Source: an uncultured Bacillota bacterium (GTDB lineage Bacteria > Bacillota_I > Bacilli_A > RF39 > UBA660). Taken from it: DNA of 57,575 bases. The notes below the pieces were generated by a model that searched no databases, was not told where the DNA came from, and worked only from the letters and a program-made list of their open reading frames with translations. The stretch's first letter is position 1, and each line of letters opens with the position of its first letter. Made by a program: the position numbers and the translations under genes. The stretch is taken from NCBI GenBank assembly GCA_946617625.1, contig CAMOKF010000003.1, positions 1-57,575 on the forward strand, given 5' to 3'. This document shows positions 1 to 9,610 of the stretch, one piece after another.

Positions 1-22
1 AACAAATATCATAGAATTACTA

Positions 23-45
23 AGCGGTATATATTACCGCTTTTT
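23..45 (+). terminator. Rho-independent terminator of a gene lying upstream of the window
   Basis: AGCGGTA-TATAT-TACCGCT stem-loop followed by TTTTT. Confidence 0.6.
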
Positions 46-60
46 AGATAAGGAGAATAT

Positions 61-339
61 ATGGAATATAAAAAATATCTTCCTTTAGGTAGTGTTGTTT
101 TACTTAAAGGTGGCAAAAAAAGACTTATGATTACAGGTTTTTGTATTATCACAGGTAATGATAAAGATGGAATGTTTGATTACTGTGGTTGTTTATATCC
201 TGAGGGTAGTGTTTCTTCTGAAAAAATGGCTTTGTTTAATCATGATCAGATTAAAAAGATATATGCAATTGGTTTTTCTGATGATGAAGAAAAAGAATTT
301 AAGAAAAAATTAGACGAAATGGTCAAAAAGGAAATATAG
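61..339 (+). CDS. DUF4176-like small protein (family found next to T7SSb/LXG toxins, chaperone-like)
   Basis: 92 aa; N-terminal YLPLGSVVLLKGG..RLMITG motif recalled as typical of DUF4176; SD AAGGAG upstream; abuts the next ORF (TAG-ATG). Confidence 0.6.
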   Translation: MEYKKYLPLGSVVLLKGGKKRLMITGFCIITGNDKDGMFDYCGCLYPEGSVSSEKMALFNHDQIKKIYAIGFSDDEEKEFKKKLDEMVKKEI

Positions 340-723
340 ATGGAATCATCTAGTTATTATAAAAATCAAATTGACAAAGTATCTGATGAGATTCATGATT
401 TAAAAAAGAATGTTATATCATGCACTAGTTATATTGATTTGTTATCTTCACTATATAATCTTCTTCATTCAACTTATGATGGAAATGATAGGGCTTATAA
501 TGCATTTTTGAATGGAGGATATTTAAGTGATGGCATTACCCTTGATAATGGTATATTAGTGAAAGATAATAAAATATTGGAGAATGATCTTAGAAGAATT
601 GAGTCTTTAACTAAGTCTATCTCCTCAAAAATTAGTGATATGGAAGAAAAAATATCTGTTTTAAATACAAAGCTTGTACAATTAAATAACAATTATAAAG
701 AGGCTTTAAACGCAGAAAGATAG
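340..723 (+). CDS. Small all-helical protein, possible effector-targeting partner (Lap/WXG-like role); function not established
   Basis: 127 aa, heptad-like charged/hydrophobic pattern, no TM or signal peptide; lies between the DUF4176 gene and the large toxin-like gene. Confidence 0.4.
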   Translation: MESSSYYKNQIDKVSDEIHDLKKNVISCTSYIDLLSSLYNLLHSTYDGNDRAYNAFLNGGYLSDGITLDNGILVKDNKILENDLRRIESLTKSISSKISDMEEKISVLNTKLVQLNNNYKEALNAER

Positions 724-730
724 GTGACTT

Positions 731-3109
731 ATGTTTGAGTTAAATATTGAATTATTTAATATAGCGTATAATGAATTAAAAAATAATATGGATTTATTAT
801 TAGATTATCGTAGCCTATTTAAAGATTTAAAGTCTAATATTCCAGATTGTATAAAAAATAAACAAGATGAAATTTCAGAAATAATATCTGATTATTTTTC
901 TTGTGAAAAAAATGACCTTGAAATAGCTAAACAAATGTTAACTATTAAGCAACATCTTGAAGAAGCTTCATATCAAGAACAAGCTAATTCAAAGAAAAAA
1001 GATGATGGTGGTTTTTTTAATAGTGCGTTCAATGCAATTAAGGATACTTGTGCTGCTTGGGGAAATGGTGTATCCGGTGTTTTTAGGGGAGAAGGTTTTG
1101 GTGGTGTAGGAAATGCTATGGCACAAACTGGAGCAACAATCTATGTAGCTAGTAATAGTTTAGCTAGTGGAGTTGCAAAAGTTGGAGAAACATTAGGTGA
1201 TGGTGTTGCTTGGGTTGGAGGAATGTCTGCTAGTGGATGGGTGTCTTTATTTAATAAAGATGCTTCTAATAATATTAAAAATTCAACTATGAATTATATT
1301 AGAAGAGATTTAGTTGGAGAAGATAATCAAAAGTTTTTTGAAAATGAAGCTATAGGTAAATGGATTAATTCTAAGTCTAATTTAAAATATGATAGTTCTG
1401 CTGCTTCAGGATTTCAAACTGGTACAGAATTTGCTTCTAAGATTGCTCTAGCTACTGCTGCTACTGTTTTTACAGGTGGAGCAGCTGCTCCTGTAGTTAT
1501 TGGTGCTGCGTATGGCATTGGTAATGAAGAGGAAAAATATGCTCAATCTGTAAATATAGAATTAGGTGAAGCTTATGACTATAAGAAAGTTTTCGGTAGA
1601 GCAGCAATTGGTGGAGTTAGTGGTGCTGCTGAATTTTATGGTTATGGTCAATTAGGTTCAGGTATTGTTAATGGTATTAAGGGATTGAAATCTGGTGCTT
1701 CTTCACTAAGTGCAGAAACAGGTGTTGGAAATATTACTACTTCTTTTAGAAAGAATTTTGCTAAAAACTTCTTTGTTACTGATACTTTACTAGATACAGG
1801 TGCTGTAATAACTAAACATGGTATTGGTTATGCAATAGGTGATGAAAGTAGAGAACAATTATTTAAAGAAGGTGGACTTGAATTAGCTTTTTCTTTAGGC
1901 TTAGCTGCAATTGGTAGTGGTTTGAGTGCTCATAACAATATTAAGGGAAATAAAAAAATATTAAAGACTTATAATACAGTTAATGATTTTTTCGATAAAA
2001 AACTATCATATTCTTCCTTAGATGACTTAATTGCTAGTGAAAATTTGGATATGAGTTTATTAAAGTATATGACCCCAGATGAAGCTACTGCATTAGTTAA
2101 TAAAATAAGTAAGAATTCAAATTATTTTAATGTATATCATTCAAACAATAATCTCGTAAATATCTTTACCATTAATCAATTGGATGATGTTATTAAAAAT
2201 AATAAGATAGATTCCAGTGAGTTGAAGCGTATTATAAGTGATTTGGATACTGATTTAATAGGGAATCAGTATATAAAATTATCGAAAGATAGTAAAAAAA
2301 TTATACATAATAATTGTGCAGATGATTTTTTAATTAAGATATTTTCTAGTAATGATATTGATGATTTGAATTATAGGGCAGTGGCACAAGATATGAATGA
2401 TAAAGTTTTTAGAAAATATTTGCTCGATAAGAAGATAATTGATACTTCTAGATTATCAAATAAATCAAAGTATTATAACGATTGGGCAAGTACTGAGATG
2501 ATAGATAAGTTTAACAATAGTAATTTTTCAGATGTTATTTCTTCTGATAAATTAAAATTAGCTTCTAATAATATTTATTATTTAGACGACTCATTCTTTT
2601 CAAAATTGGATAGTACTCCAGGAACTGCTGGTTTAAATGTTAGAGATAGTGGTGATTCTATTGTAAATATTGGATTACTAAGCGATGATGTTATTAAACA
2701 CAATTCTATTCATGAAACCATTCATGCATTATCTAGGGGTGATGAATACATTGGAGGATTTAGTATTGATGATAATTATGTAGGACTGAATGAAGCTATG
2801 ACGGAGTTGCTAGCTCGTAATATTTCTGGTGATAAATGGGATATTTGTAAATATAATAATGCTACTGATTGTTTAAATGATATAATTGATTTGGGAATAG
2901 ATAATTTAAATTTTCAAAATGTTGGTGAAGCATATTTTAAAAATGATTTAAATTTTTTCTATAATAATATATCTAAGGTTTATGGAGACAGAAGTTTAAC
3001 TGATTCATTACTTTTTGCGTTTGATGAAGTCTCCAAAAATCCTTCAAGCGTATCAAAATTAGAAATGTTTGTTGATGATTTAGCATTAGCTTCAAAGAAG
3101 AATAGGTGA
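731..3109 (+). CDS. Polymorphic-toxin-like protein: N-terminal helical region, long Gly/Ala/Ser-rich zipper region, C-terminal gluzincin-type metallopeptidase domain
   Basis: 792 aa; SD AGGTGA; aa ~95-400 rich in GxxxG/A motifs (GGVGNAMAQTGA, TGGAAAPVVIGAAYGIG); C-terminal HETIH (HExxH) followed by GLNEAMTE (thermolysin-like NEAxS/TD third-ligand motif); no Sec signal. Confidence 0.55.
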   Translation: MFELNIELFNIAYNELKNNMDLLLDYRSLFKDLKSNIPDCIKNKQDEISEIISDYFSCEKNDLEIAKQMLTIKQHLEEASYQEQANSKKKDDGGFFNSAFNAIKDTCAAWGNGVSGVFRGEGFGGVGNAMAQTGATIYVASNSLASGVAKVGETLGDGVAWVGGMSASGWVSLFNKDASNNIKNSTMNYIRRDLVGEDNQKFFENEAIGKWINSKSNLKYDSSAASGFQTGTEFASKIALATAATVFTGGAAAPVVIGAAYGIGNEEEKYAQSVNIELGEAYDYKKVFGRAAIGGVSGAAEFYGYGQLGSGIVNGIKGLKSGASSLSAETGVGNITTSFRKNFAKNFFVTDTLLDTGAVITKHGIGYAIGDESREQLFKEGGLELAFSLGLAAIGSGLSAHNNIKGNKKILKTYNTVNDFFDKKLSYSSLDDLIASENLDMSLLKYMTPDEATALVNKISKNSNYFNVYHSNNNLVNIFTINQLDDVIKNNKIDSSELKRIISDLDTDLIGNQYIKLSKDSKKIIHNNCADDFLIKIFSSNDIDDLNYRAVAQDMNDKVFRKYLLDKKIIDTSRLSNKSKYYNDWASTEMIDKFNNSNFSDVISSDKLKLASNNIYYLDDSFFSKLDSTPGTAGLNVRDSGDSIVNIGLLSDDVIKHNSIHETIHALSRGDEYIGGFSIDDNYVGLNEAMTELLARNISGDKWDICKYNNATDCLNDIIDLGIDNLNFQNVGEAYFKNDLNFFYNNISKVYGDRSLTDSLLFAFDEVSKNPSSVSKLEMFVDDLALASKKNR

Positions 3110-3113
3110 TAAT

Positions 3114-3653
3114 ATGAGTGAATTGAGTAATAAAATATATAATGATACATATAATAATTTGATAAATGGTGTTGAAGAAAAATTTATTAAAGAAATATCT
3201 AATGGATACCATGAATATTTAGATAGTAGATATAAAGATTATTCTGCAGAAGATGCAGATGTTTTTATTGAACTTATGAATAAAAAGCTCTTAAGAAATA
3301 ATCCAAATAATAGATTATCTATGTTTGTTAAAGATTCTGAATATGAAAAAATTGCTTATATATCTCAAGAAGGCTTTAATAAGGCATGTCTATATGCTGA
3401 AAATATTATATCTAAAAATGGTAGTAGTCCAGTAGTTAATAAAGATGAATTAGAAAAAGTTAATGTAAGTTTAAGAATTAGTTTATCTAAAGTTAAAGAA
3501 TTTAATAGGGAATCTGCTAAACAGCTTATATCTGATGGCGTCTTGGATTATGAATTTGCTTCTGGTAATATTGATTTTATGAGTTTTAGACTTAGCCATC
3601 GATATGGAGATTTATTGAGAAATTCTGAAAATGTTAAAAATAGAAATAAGTAA
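3114..3653 (+). CDS. Candidate cognate immunity protein for the upstream toxin-like protein
   Basis: 179 aa cytoplasmic ORF starting 4 nt after the toxin stop; SD AGGTGA; followed by a terminator; assignment is positional only. Confidence 0.35.
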   Translation: MSELSNKIYNDTYNNLINGVEEKFIKEISNGYHEYLDSRYKDYSAEDADVFIELMNKKLLRNNPNNRLSMFVKDSEYEKIAYISQEGFNKACLYAENIISKNGSSPVVNKDELEKVNVSLRISLSKVKEFNRESAKQLISDGVLDYEFASGNIDFMSFRLSHRYGDLLRNSENVKNRNK

Positions 3654-3675
3654 ACATTAGATGTTTACTTTTTTT
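3651..3675 (+). terminator. Rho-independent terminator
   Basis: TAAACAT-TAG-ATGTTTA hairpin overlapping the stop codon, then C + T7. Confidence 0.6.
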
Positions 3676-3765
3676 GTTTTTATATGTTATGATGAATAAG
3701 CTTGATAAGATATTCTTAAATGCTTATAAAATAAGGAAATTAACGTAAAATAATGTAGAGTTAAG

Positions 3766-3794
3766 TTGAAAAAAGATTTTTCTTTAGATATAAT
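3766..3794 (+). promoter_or_regulatory. Sigma-A-type promoter for parE
   Basis: TTGAAA - 17 nt - TATAAT. Confidence 0.5.
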
Positions 3795-3826
3795 AAATAT
3801 GGTTGATTATTAGGAGTGATAACAAT

Positions 3827-5731
3827 ATGTCAGAAAAGAATTATGATGCTAAATCAATAAAGATACTTGAAGGATTAGAGGCAGTTAGAAAACGTCCTGG
3901 TATGTATATTGGTTCTACAGATAAGAGAGGACTACATCATCTTATTTGGGAAATTGTTGATAACTCTGTTGATGAAGCTATAAATGGTTATGGAGATTAT
4001 ATTAAAATAACACTTCATTCTGATAAGTCTTGTAGTGTAGAAGACCATGGCCGTGGTGTTCCTGTAGATATGCATGAATCTGGTAGAAGTGCTACTGAAG
4101 TTATATATACAGTACTACATGCTGGTGGTAAGTTTGAAAGTGATGGATATAAAGTTTCTGGAGGATTACATGGTGTTGGTTCTTCAGTAGTTAATGCTTT
4201 ATCTAAATGGATGGAAGTAACTGTAAAAAGAGATAAGAAAGAATATTATATTAGATTTGAAAATGGTGGACACACAGTTGCACCTTTAAAAGAAGTTGGA
4301 GCAGCAAGAGGAACTGGTACTACTGTTAGATTTATGCCTGATCCAGAAATATTTAATAATATTAATTTTTCTTTTACAACTGTATGTGAAAGAATGCAAG
4401 AGAGTGCTTTCTTACTAAAAGGAATTACTATAGAAGTAGTAGATGAAGAAGATGAAAGAAGTGCTAAATTCCACTATGAAAGAGGAATTGAAGAATTTGT
4501 TGAAGATTTAAACAAAGGTAAAAATACTCTTCATAATGTATTATCATTTAGTGGTACTAAAGATAATATTGAAGTAGATATATCTATGCAATATACTGAT
4601 ACTTATAATGAAAATATTGTAAGTTTTGTTAATAATGTTAAAACTATAGATGGTGGATCTCATGAAGTTGGATTTAAAACAGCTTTAACAAAAGTCTTTA
4701 ATGATTATGCTAAAAGTAATGGCTTCATTAAAGGTGGAAGTTTTGATGGTAGTGATGTAAGAGAAGGATTAACTGCTATAGTTAGTTTAAAAATACCTGA
4801 AGGAATACTTCAATTTGAAGGACAGACTAAAGGTAAATTAGGAACTCCTCAAGCTAAAAATGCTGTAGAGAGTGTAGTTACTGATAACTTAAGAATTTAT
4901 TTAGAAGAGAATAGAGCTATTGCTACTGAAATAATTAATAAGAGTATGAAAAGTAAAGTAGCTAGAGAAGCTGCTCGTAAAGCTCGTGAAGAAGCTCGTA
5001 ATGGTAAAAATAAAAAGAATAATAAAGAAAGAAGTTTATCAGGTAAGTTAGCTCCTGCACAAAGTAAAGATAAAACACGTAAAGAATTATTCTTAGTCGA
5101 GGGTGATTCTGCAGGTGGTTCTGCTAAACAAGGAAGAGATAGAGCATATCAAGCAATTCTTCCTCTTCGTGGTAAAGTTCTTAATACTGAGAAAACTCGT
5201 GAAGATGATATTTTAAAAAATGAAGAAATAAATACAATGATATATACTATTGGAGCTGGATATGGATCTAACTTTGATATTAAAGATTGTGAATATAGTA
5301 AAGTAATAATAATGTCCGATGCTGATGAAGATGGTGGACATATTCAATGTTTATTACTTACATTCTTTTATAGATATATGAAACCATTAATAGAAGATGG
5401 AAGATTATTTGTTGCTTTACCTCCTTTATTTAAAATACAAAGTGGTAAAGATATACAATATGCTTATACAGTAGAAGAAATGAAAGAAAAATCTAAAGGT
5501 AAAAAATGTGATATTCAAAGATATAAAGGTCTTGGTGAAATGAATGCAGATCAGTTATGTGAAACAACTATGAAACCAGGAAGTAGAACTTTAATTAGAG
5601 TTAATATTGAAGATGCCCAATTAGCTGAAAAAAGAGTATCTATTCTTATGGGTGATGATGTACCACCTAGAAAAGAATGGATAGAAGAGAATGTAGAATT
5701 CTCACTTGAAGATGATTATGAAATAAGTTAA
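3827..5731 (+). CDS. parE: DNA topoisomerase IV subunit B
   Basis: N-terminus LEGLEAVRKRPGMYIGSTDKRGLHHLIWEIVDNSVDEA, TOPRIM EGDSAGG; paired with a ParC-type A subunit; start moved to ATG 3827 behind SD AGGAGTGA (the ORF track starts at 3803). Confidence 0.9.
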   Translation: MSEKNYDAKSIKILEGLEAVRKRPGMYIGSTDKRGLHHLIWEIVDNSVDEAINGYGDYIKITLHSDKSCSVEDHGRGVPVDMHESGRSATEVIYTVLHAGGKFESDGYKVSGGLHGVGSSVVNALSKWMEVTVKRDKKEYYIRFENGGHTVAPLKEVGAARGTGTTVRFMPDPEIFNNINFSFTTVCERMQESAFLLKGITIEVVDEEDERSAKFHYERGIEEFVEDLNKGKNTLHNVLSFSGTKDNIEVDISMQYTDTYNENIVSFVNNVKTIDGGSHEVGFKTALTKVFNDYAKSNGFIKGGSFDGSDVREGLTAIVSLKIPEGILQFEGQTKGKLGTPQAKNAVESVVTDNLRIYLEENRAIATEIINKSMKSKVAREAARKAREEARNGKNKKNNKERSLSGKLAPAQSKDKTRKELFLVEGDSAGGSAKQGRDRAYQAILPLRGKVLNTEKTREDDILKNEEINTMIYTIGAGYGSNFDIKDCEYSKVIIMSDADEDGGHIQCLLLTFFYRYMKPLIEDGRLFVALPPLFKIQSGKDIQYAYTVEEMKEKSKGKKCDIQRYKGLGEMNADQLCETTMKPGSRTLIRVNIEDAQLAEKRVSILMGDDVPPRKEWIEENVEFSLEDDYEIS

Positions 5732-5807
5732 AACCAATCTATTGACATTCGAATATATGTATGATAATTTCAGGATAGAAATTAATTATATGTATAGGGG
5801 GAATGTT

Positions 5808-6635
5808 ATGAAAAATAAAATAGAATTAATTTCAAATCTTTTTGAAGGGGTAGAGATAAGAAGTGTCTGGGACCCTGAAAAAGAAGAATACTTTTTTAGT
5901 GTAGTTGATGTTATTTTTGCATTGACTGATAGTCATAATCCAAGAAGATATTGGACAGATTTAAAAAATAGAACTATTTCTGAAGGTAGTGAGTTGTACG
6001 CAAAAATCGTACAACTGAAAATGAAGTCTTCTAAAGATGGAAAAATGTACTTAACTGATACATTAGATACAGAAGGGATACTTAGACTTATTGAATCAAT
6101 TCCTTCACCTAAAGCAGAACCATTTAAAATGTGGTTAGCCTCTTTAGGAAAAGAAAGAGTTGATGAAGCTTTTGATCCTTCTATTGGAATAGATAAAATG
6201 ATTGACTTTTATCTTAACAAAGGTTATTCATTAGATTGGATTAAAGATAGAATAATTGCTATTGTTGATAGAAAAAAGCTTACTAATACATGGAGAAAAC
6301 ATGGAATTAGTGAAAGTAATGAATATGCTATTTTAACTAATGAAATATATAAAAGTTGGTCTGGTATGACTTCTTCAGAATATAAAAATTTAAAAGGTAT
6401 TCGAAAAGAAAATTTAAGAGATAATATGAGTGATTTAGAAATACTTTTAACTAATATAGGTGAAGTTGCTACTAGAGAGTTAACTAATGAGCATCATCCT
6501 ATTGGTTTAGAACAAAACAAATTAATTTCTGAAGTTGGTGGAAGTATTGCTAAAAACACTAAAGATGATTTAGAAAATAAATTAGGTAGAAAGATAATAA
6601 ATAGTAATAATAAATTAATAGATAAATATAAATAG
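5808..6635 (+). CDS. Bro-N domain / DNA-damage-inducible protein D (DinD)-like protein
   Basis: N-terminal Bro-N-like FEGVEIRSVWDPEKEEYFFSVVDVIFAL; C-terminal part resembles DinD (..YAILTNEIYKSWSGMTSSEYKNLKGIRKENLRDNMSDLEIL..); start set at ATG 5808 behind SD AGGGGG. Confidence 0.65.
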   Translation: MKNKIELISNLFEGVEIRSVWDPEKEEYFFSVVDVIFALTDSHNPRRYWTDLKNRTISEGSELYAKIVQLKMKSSKDGKMYLTDTLDTEGILRLIESIPSPKAEPFKMWLASLGKERVDEAFDPSIGIDKMIDFYLNKGYSLDWIKDRIIAIVDRKKLTNTWRKHGISESNEYAILTNEIYKSWSGMTSSEYKNLKGIRKENLRDNMSDLEILLTNIGEVATRELTNEHHPIGLEQNKLISEVGGSIAKNTKDDLENKLGRKIINSNNKLIDKYK

Positions 6636-6641
6636 AAAGTA

Positions 6642-9209
6642 GTGATTCTCGTGGCAAGAAAGAAAAATGAAACAGAAGAAGTATTAGAGAAGATATTTGA
6701 CTATACTCTTGAAGATATAATGGGAGAGAGATTTGGGTCTTACTCTAAATATATTATTCAAGATAGAGCTATACCTGATGCAAGAGATGGTTTAAAACCT
6801 GTTCAAAGACGTATTCTTTATTCAATGCATAAAGAGAAGAATACTTATGATAGAGGTTATCGTAAGTCTGCTAAGACTGTTGGAGATGTTATAGGTAATT
6901 ACCATCCACATGGTGATACATCAATATATGATGCAATGGTTCGTATGAGTCAACCTTGGAAGACAAGACTTCCATATATTGATATGCATGGTAATAATGG
7001 ATCTATAGATGGAGATTCTCCTGCTGCTTATCGTTATACTGAAGCTAGATTATCTAAAATAGCTAATGAGATGTTAAGAGATATTGATAAAGATACTGTA
7101 GAATTTGCTCCTAACTTTGATGATACTACTGTTGAACCTACAGTATTACCTGCTAGATTTCCAGCATTACTTGTATATGGTGCTCAAGGTATTTCTGCTG
7201 GTTATGCTACAAATATTCCTACCCATAACTTAAATGAAGTTGTAGATGCAACTATATATAGAATTGATCATCCTGATTGTTCATTAGAAGAATTAATGCA
7301 ATTTGTAAAAGGGCCTGATTTCCCTACAGGTGGTACTATAGAAGGTATTGAAGGCATTAAAGAAGCTTATAAAACAGGACGTGGAAGAATTGTTATCAAG
7401 AGTAAATATAATTGGGAAGAAACAAAAAATGGTACTTCATTAATTATTACAGAAATTCCATTTGAATCTAATAAAGCTCAAACAGTTAAGAAAATAGATG
7501 ATATTAGAATAGATAAAAAAATAGATGGAATATTAGAAGTAAGAGATGAATCAGCTGCTGATGTTAGAGTTGTTATTGATATTAAGAAAAATGCAAATAA
7601 AGAATTAATATTAAATTATCTATTAAAGAATACTGATATGCAAATTAGTTATAACTTTAATATGGTAGCTATAGTAAATAGAAGACCTAAATTACTTGGA
7701 CTTTCACAAAGCTTAGATGCATTTATTGTTCATCAAAAAGAAGTTGTAAGAAGAAGAACTGAATTTGATTTAAATCATGCTAAAGCAAGATTTCATATAG
7801 TAGAAGGATTAATTAAATGTATTTCAATATTAGATGAAGTTATTAAAGTAATTAGAGCTTCTAAGAATAAAGCTGAATCTAAAGAAAACTTAATGAAAGA
7901 GTTTGAGTTTAGTGAACCTCAAGCTGAAGCAATTGTTACTTTACAATTATACAGATTATCTAATACTGATGTAGTTGCATTAGAAAATGAATTAGAAAAT
8001 TTAAAGAAAGTAATAGAAGGTTTAACTGCTATACTTTCTTCTGAAAAAGTATTAATGAATGTTATTAAGAGAGATTTAAAAGAAGTAAATAAAGAGTATC
8101 CTACTCCTAGACTTACTGATATTAAAGAAGAAATTACTGATATAAAGATAGATGCTGATGCTATGATTCCTAAAGAGGATGTTGTAGTAGTAGTAACTAA
8201 AGATGGATATTTAAAACGTACATCATTTAGATCTTATCAAGCTTCACAAAGTGAAGACTTAACATTAAAAGAAAATGATTATGTTATCGGTTTATATGAA
8301 ATGAATACTACAGATGTATTATTAGTATTTACTAGTGGAGGTAATTATTTACATATACCTGTTCATATGATACCTGATTTAAAATGGAAAGATATGCCTA
8401 AACATGTAAGTAATGTAATAGAAGTACCGGCTGGAGAATCAATTATTTCTTGTATTCCTGCATATCAATTTGAATCTAATAAGAATATAATTACAGTTAC
8501 AAGAAATGGTATTGTTAAACGTTCTCCTCTTAAAGATTTCAAATTACAAAGGTATTCTAAAGCTTCTAGTTGTATGAAATTAAAAGGTGATGATACACTA
8601 TTAGATGCTTTTGTAGAAGAATATGACAATATTATGATGGTTACTGATGCTGGATATTTATTAACATTTAAAACAGAAGAAATACCTTTAATGGGAGTTA
8701 AAGCTAGTGGAGTTAAAGGTATGATGTTAAAACAAGATAAGGTTGTCTCAGCTACTACATTTAATAATACAGTACATGAATTTATTAGTTTAGTAACAGA
8801 TAAAGGAACTGGTAAGAGAGTTAGACTTTCTGAGTTTGAGTTATCATCTCGTACACGTAGAGGAGTTTTGGCTATACGTGAAGTAAAATCTAATCCATAT
8901 AAAGTATTAAAAGCATTTGTAACTGATAATAAGAATTATTTTGGATTAAAGAATGGTTCAATTACTTTAGTTAAAGCTACTGAGCTACCTATCGCAGATC
9001 GTTATTCTACAGGTTCTCAAATAATTAAACATAATTTAACTGATGCTTTTATAGTAGCATCTCTATCAAGTGCTAATGAAAGTCAAGATGAGTTAAATAT
9101 AGAAGTGGAAGAAACTAAAGAAGAAGAAAAAGTAATTCCAAAAAAAGATAAAATATCTTTATCTGAAATAGATGATAGATTAATGACTATAGATGATTTT
9201 CTAAAATAA
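6642..9209 (+). CDS. parC: DNA topoisomerase IV subunit A
   Basis: YSKYIIQDRAIPDARDGLKPVQRRILYSM, HPHGD, HGNNGSIDGDSPAAYRYTEARLS (ParC/GrlA-type HGNNGS rather than GyrA HGNFGS); no GyrA box; GTG start uncertain. Confidence 0.88.
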   Translation: MILVARKKNETEEVLEKIFDYTLEDIMGERFGSYSKYIIQDRAIPDARDGLKPVQRRILYSMHKEKNTYDRGYRKSAKTVGDVIGNYHPHGDTSIYDAMVRMSQPWKTRLPYIDMHGNNGSIDGDSPAAYRYTEARLSKIANEMLRDIDKDTVEFAPNFDDTTVEPTVLPARFPALLVYGAQGISAGYATNIPTHNLNEVVDATIYRIDHPDCSLEELMQFVKGPDFPTGGTIEGIEGIKEAYKTGRGRIVIKSKYNWEETKNGTSLIITEIPFESNKAQTVKKIDDIRIDKKIDGILEVRDESAADVRVVIDIKKNANKELILNYLLKNTDMQISYNFNMVAIVNRRPKLLGLSQSLDAFIVHQKEVVRRRTEFDLNHAKARFHIVEGLIKCISILDEVIKVIRASKNKAESKENLMKEFEFSEPQAEAIVTLQLYRLSNTDVVALENELENLKKVIEGLTAILSSEKVLMNVIKRDLKEVNKEYPTPRLTDIKEEITDIKIDADAMIPKEDVVVVVTKDGYLKRTSFRSYQASQSEDLTLKENDYVIGLYEMNTTDVLLVFTSGGNYLHIPVHMIPDLKWKDMPKHVSNVIEVPAGESIISCIPAYQFESNKNIITVTRNGIVKRSPLKDFKLQRYSKASSCMKLKGDDTLLDAFVEEYDNIMMVTDAGYLLTFKTEEIPLMGVKASGVKGMMLKQDKVVSATTFNNTVHEFISLVTDKGTGKRVRLSEFELSSRTRRGVLAIREVKSNPYKVLKAFVTDNKNYFGLKNGSITLVKATELPIADRYSTGSQIIKHNLTDAFIVASLSSANESQDELNIEVEETKEEEKVIPKKDKISLSEIDDRLMTIDDFLK

Positions 9210-9232
9210 AGAAGTAGTAATACTTCTTTTTT
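9210..9232 (+). terminator. Rho-independent terminator after parC
   Basis: AGAAGTA-GTAA-TACTTCT followed by a T-run. Confidence 0.65.
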
Positions 9233-9265
9233 CTTTTATATTTCATAAAATATAGTGGTGATGTA

Positions 9266-9610
9266 ATGTCTAAAGAAAGTTTTAAATTATTTGCTAGAAA
9301 TCATCCTGAATTAATATCTTCTGTTATGAGTGGAGAATCCTCATGGCAAAAACTATATGAATTATACGATATATATGGTGATGATAATGATGTATGGAGT
9401 AAGTATATAAATAATAAATTAACTAAAGAATATAGTTTTAGAGATGTATTTAATAGTATTAAGAATATAGATATGGATTCATTTCAAAAAGGAGTACAAA
9501 ACTTACAAAAGACTATTGGTTTACTACAAGGATTATCTCTAGGAGAAGGAGCTAACTTAGTAAATAAAACTTATACTCCTAAAGAGGTATATCATCATAT
9601 GGAGGATTAA
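9266..9610 (+). CDS. YlbD-like protein
   Basis: NHPELISSVMSGESSWQKLYELYDIYGDDNDVWSKY matches the YlbD pattern (hP..i..v..g..tWQ..YE.w.l.Ge.d..W..Y); synteny with ylbE/ylbF/rsmD. Confidence 0.6.
   Translation: MSKESFKLFARNHPELISSVMSGESSWQKLYELYDIYGDDNDVWSKYINNKLTKEYSFRDVFNSIKNIDMDSFQKGVQNLQKTIGLLQGLSLGEGANLVNKTYTPKEVYHHMED

Noticed and set aside
495-3212. Antisense ORFs 495-692(-) and 2973-3212(-)
   Set aside because: Both are short, embedded opposite well-supported + strand genes, lack an SD, and have the hydrophobic/AT-codon composition typical of spurious antisense frames.
5750-5763. LexA box upstream of the DinD-like gene (CGAATATATGTATG)
   Set aside because: It matches the CGAAC-N4-GTTCG consensus at only 11 of 14 positions, with three mismatches in the GAAC/GTTC cores. 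The position between the -35 and -10 is suggestive, but the match is too weak to call without binding data.
5742-5807. The 22-codon N-terminal extension of the DinD-like ORF given in the ORF track (TTG start at 5742)
   Set aside because: That TTG is the -35-like TTGACA. A strong SD (AGGGGG) precedes ATG 5808, and the Bro-N homology begins right after it.
3827-9209. Calling the topoisomerase pair gyrB/gyrA
   Set aside because: The A subunit has the ParC/GrlA-type HGNNGS motif, lacks a GyrA box, and the B subunit N-terminus matches ParE of Gram-positives. The parE-parC gene order, away from dnaA/recF, also fits topoisomerase IV.
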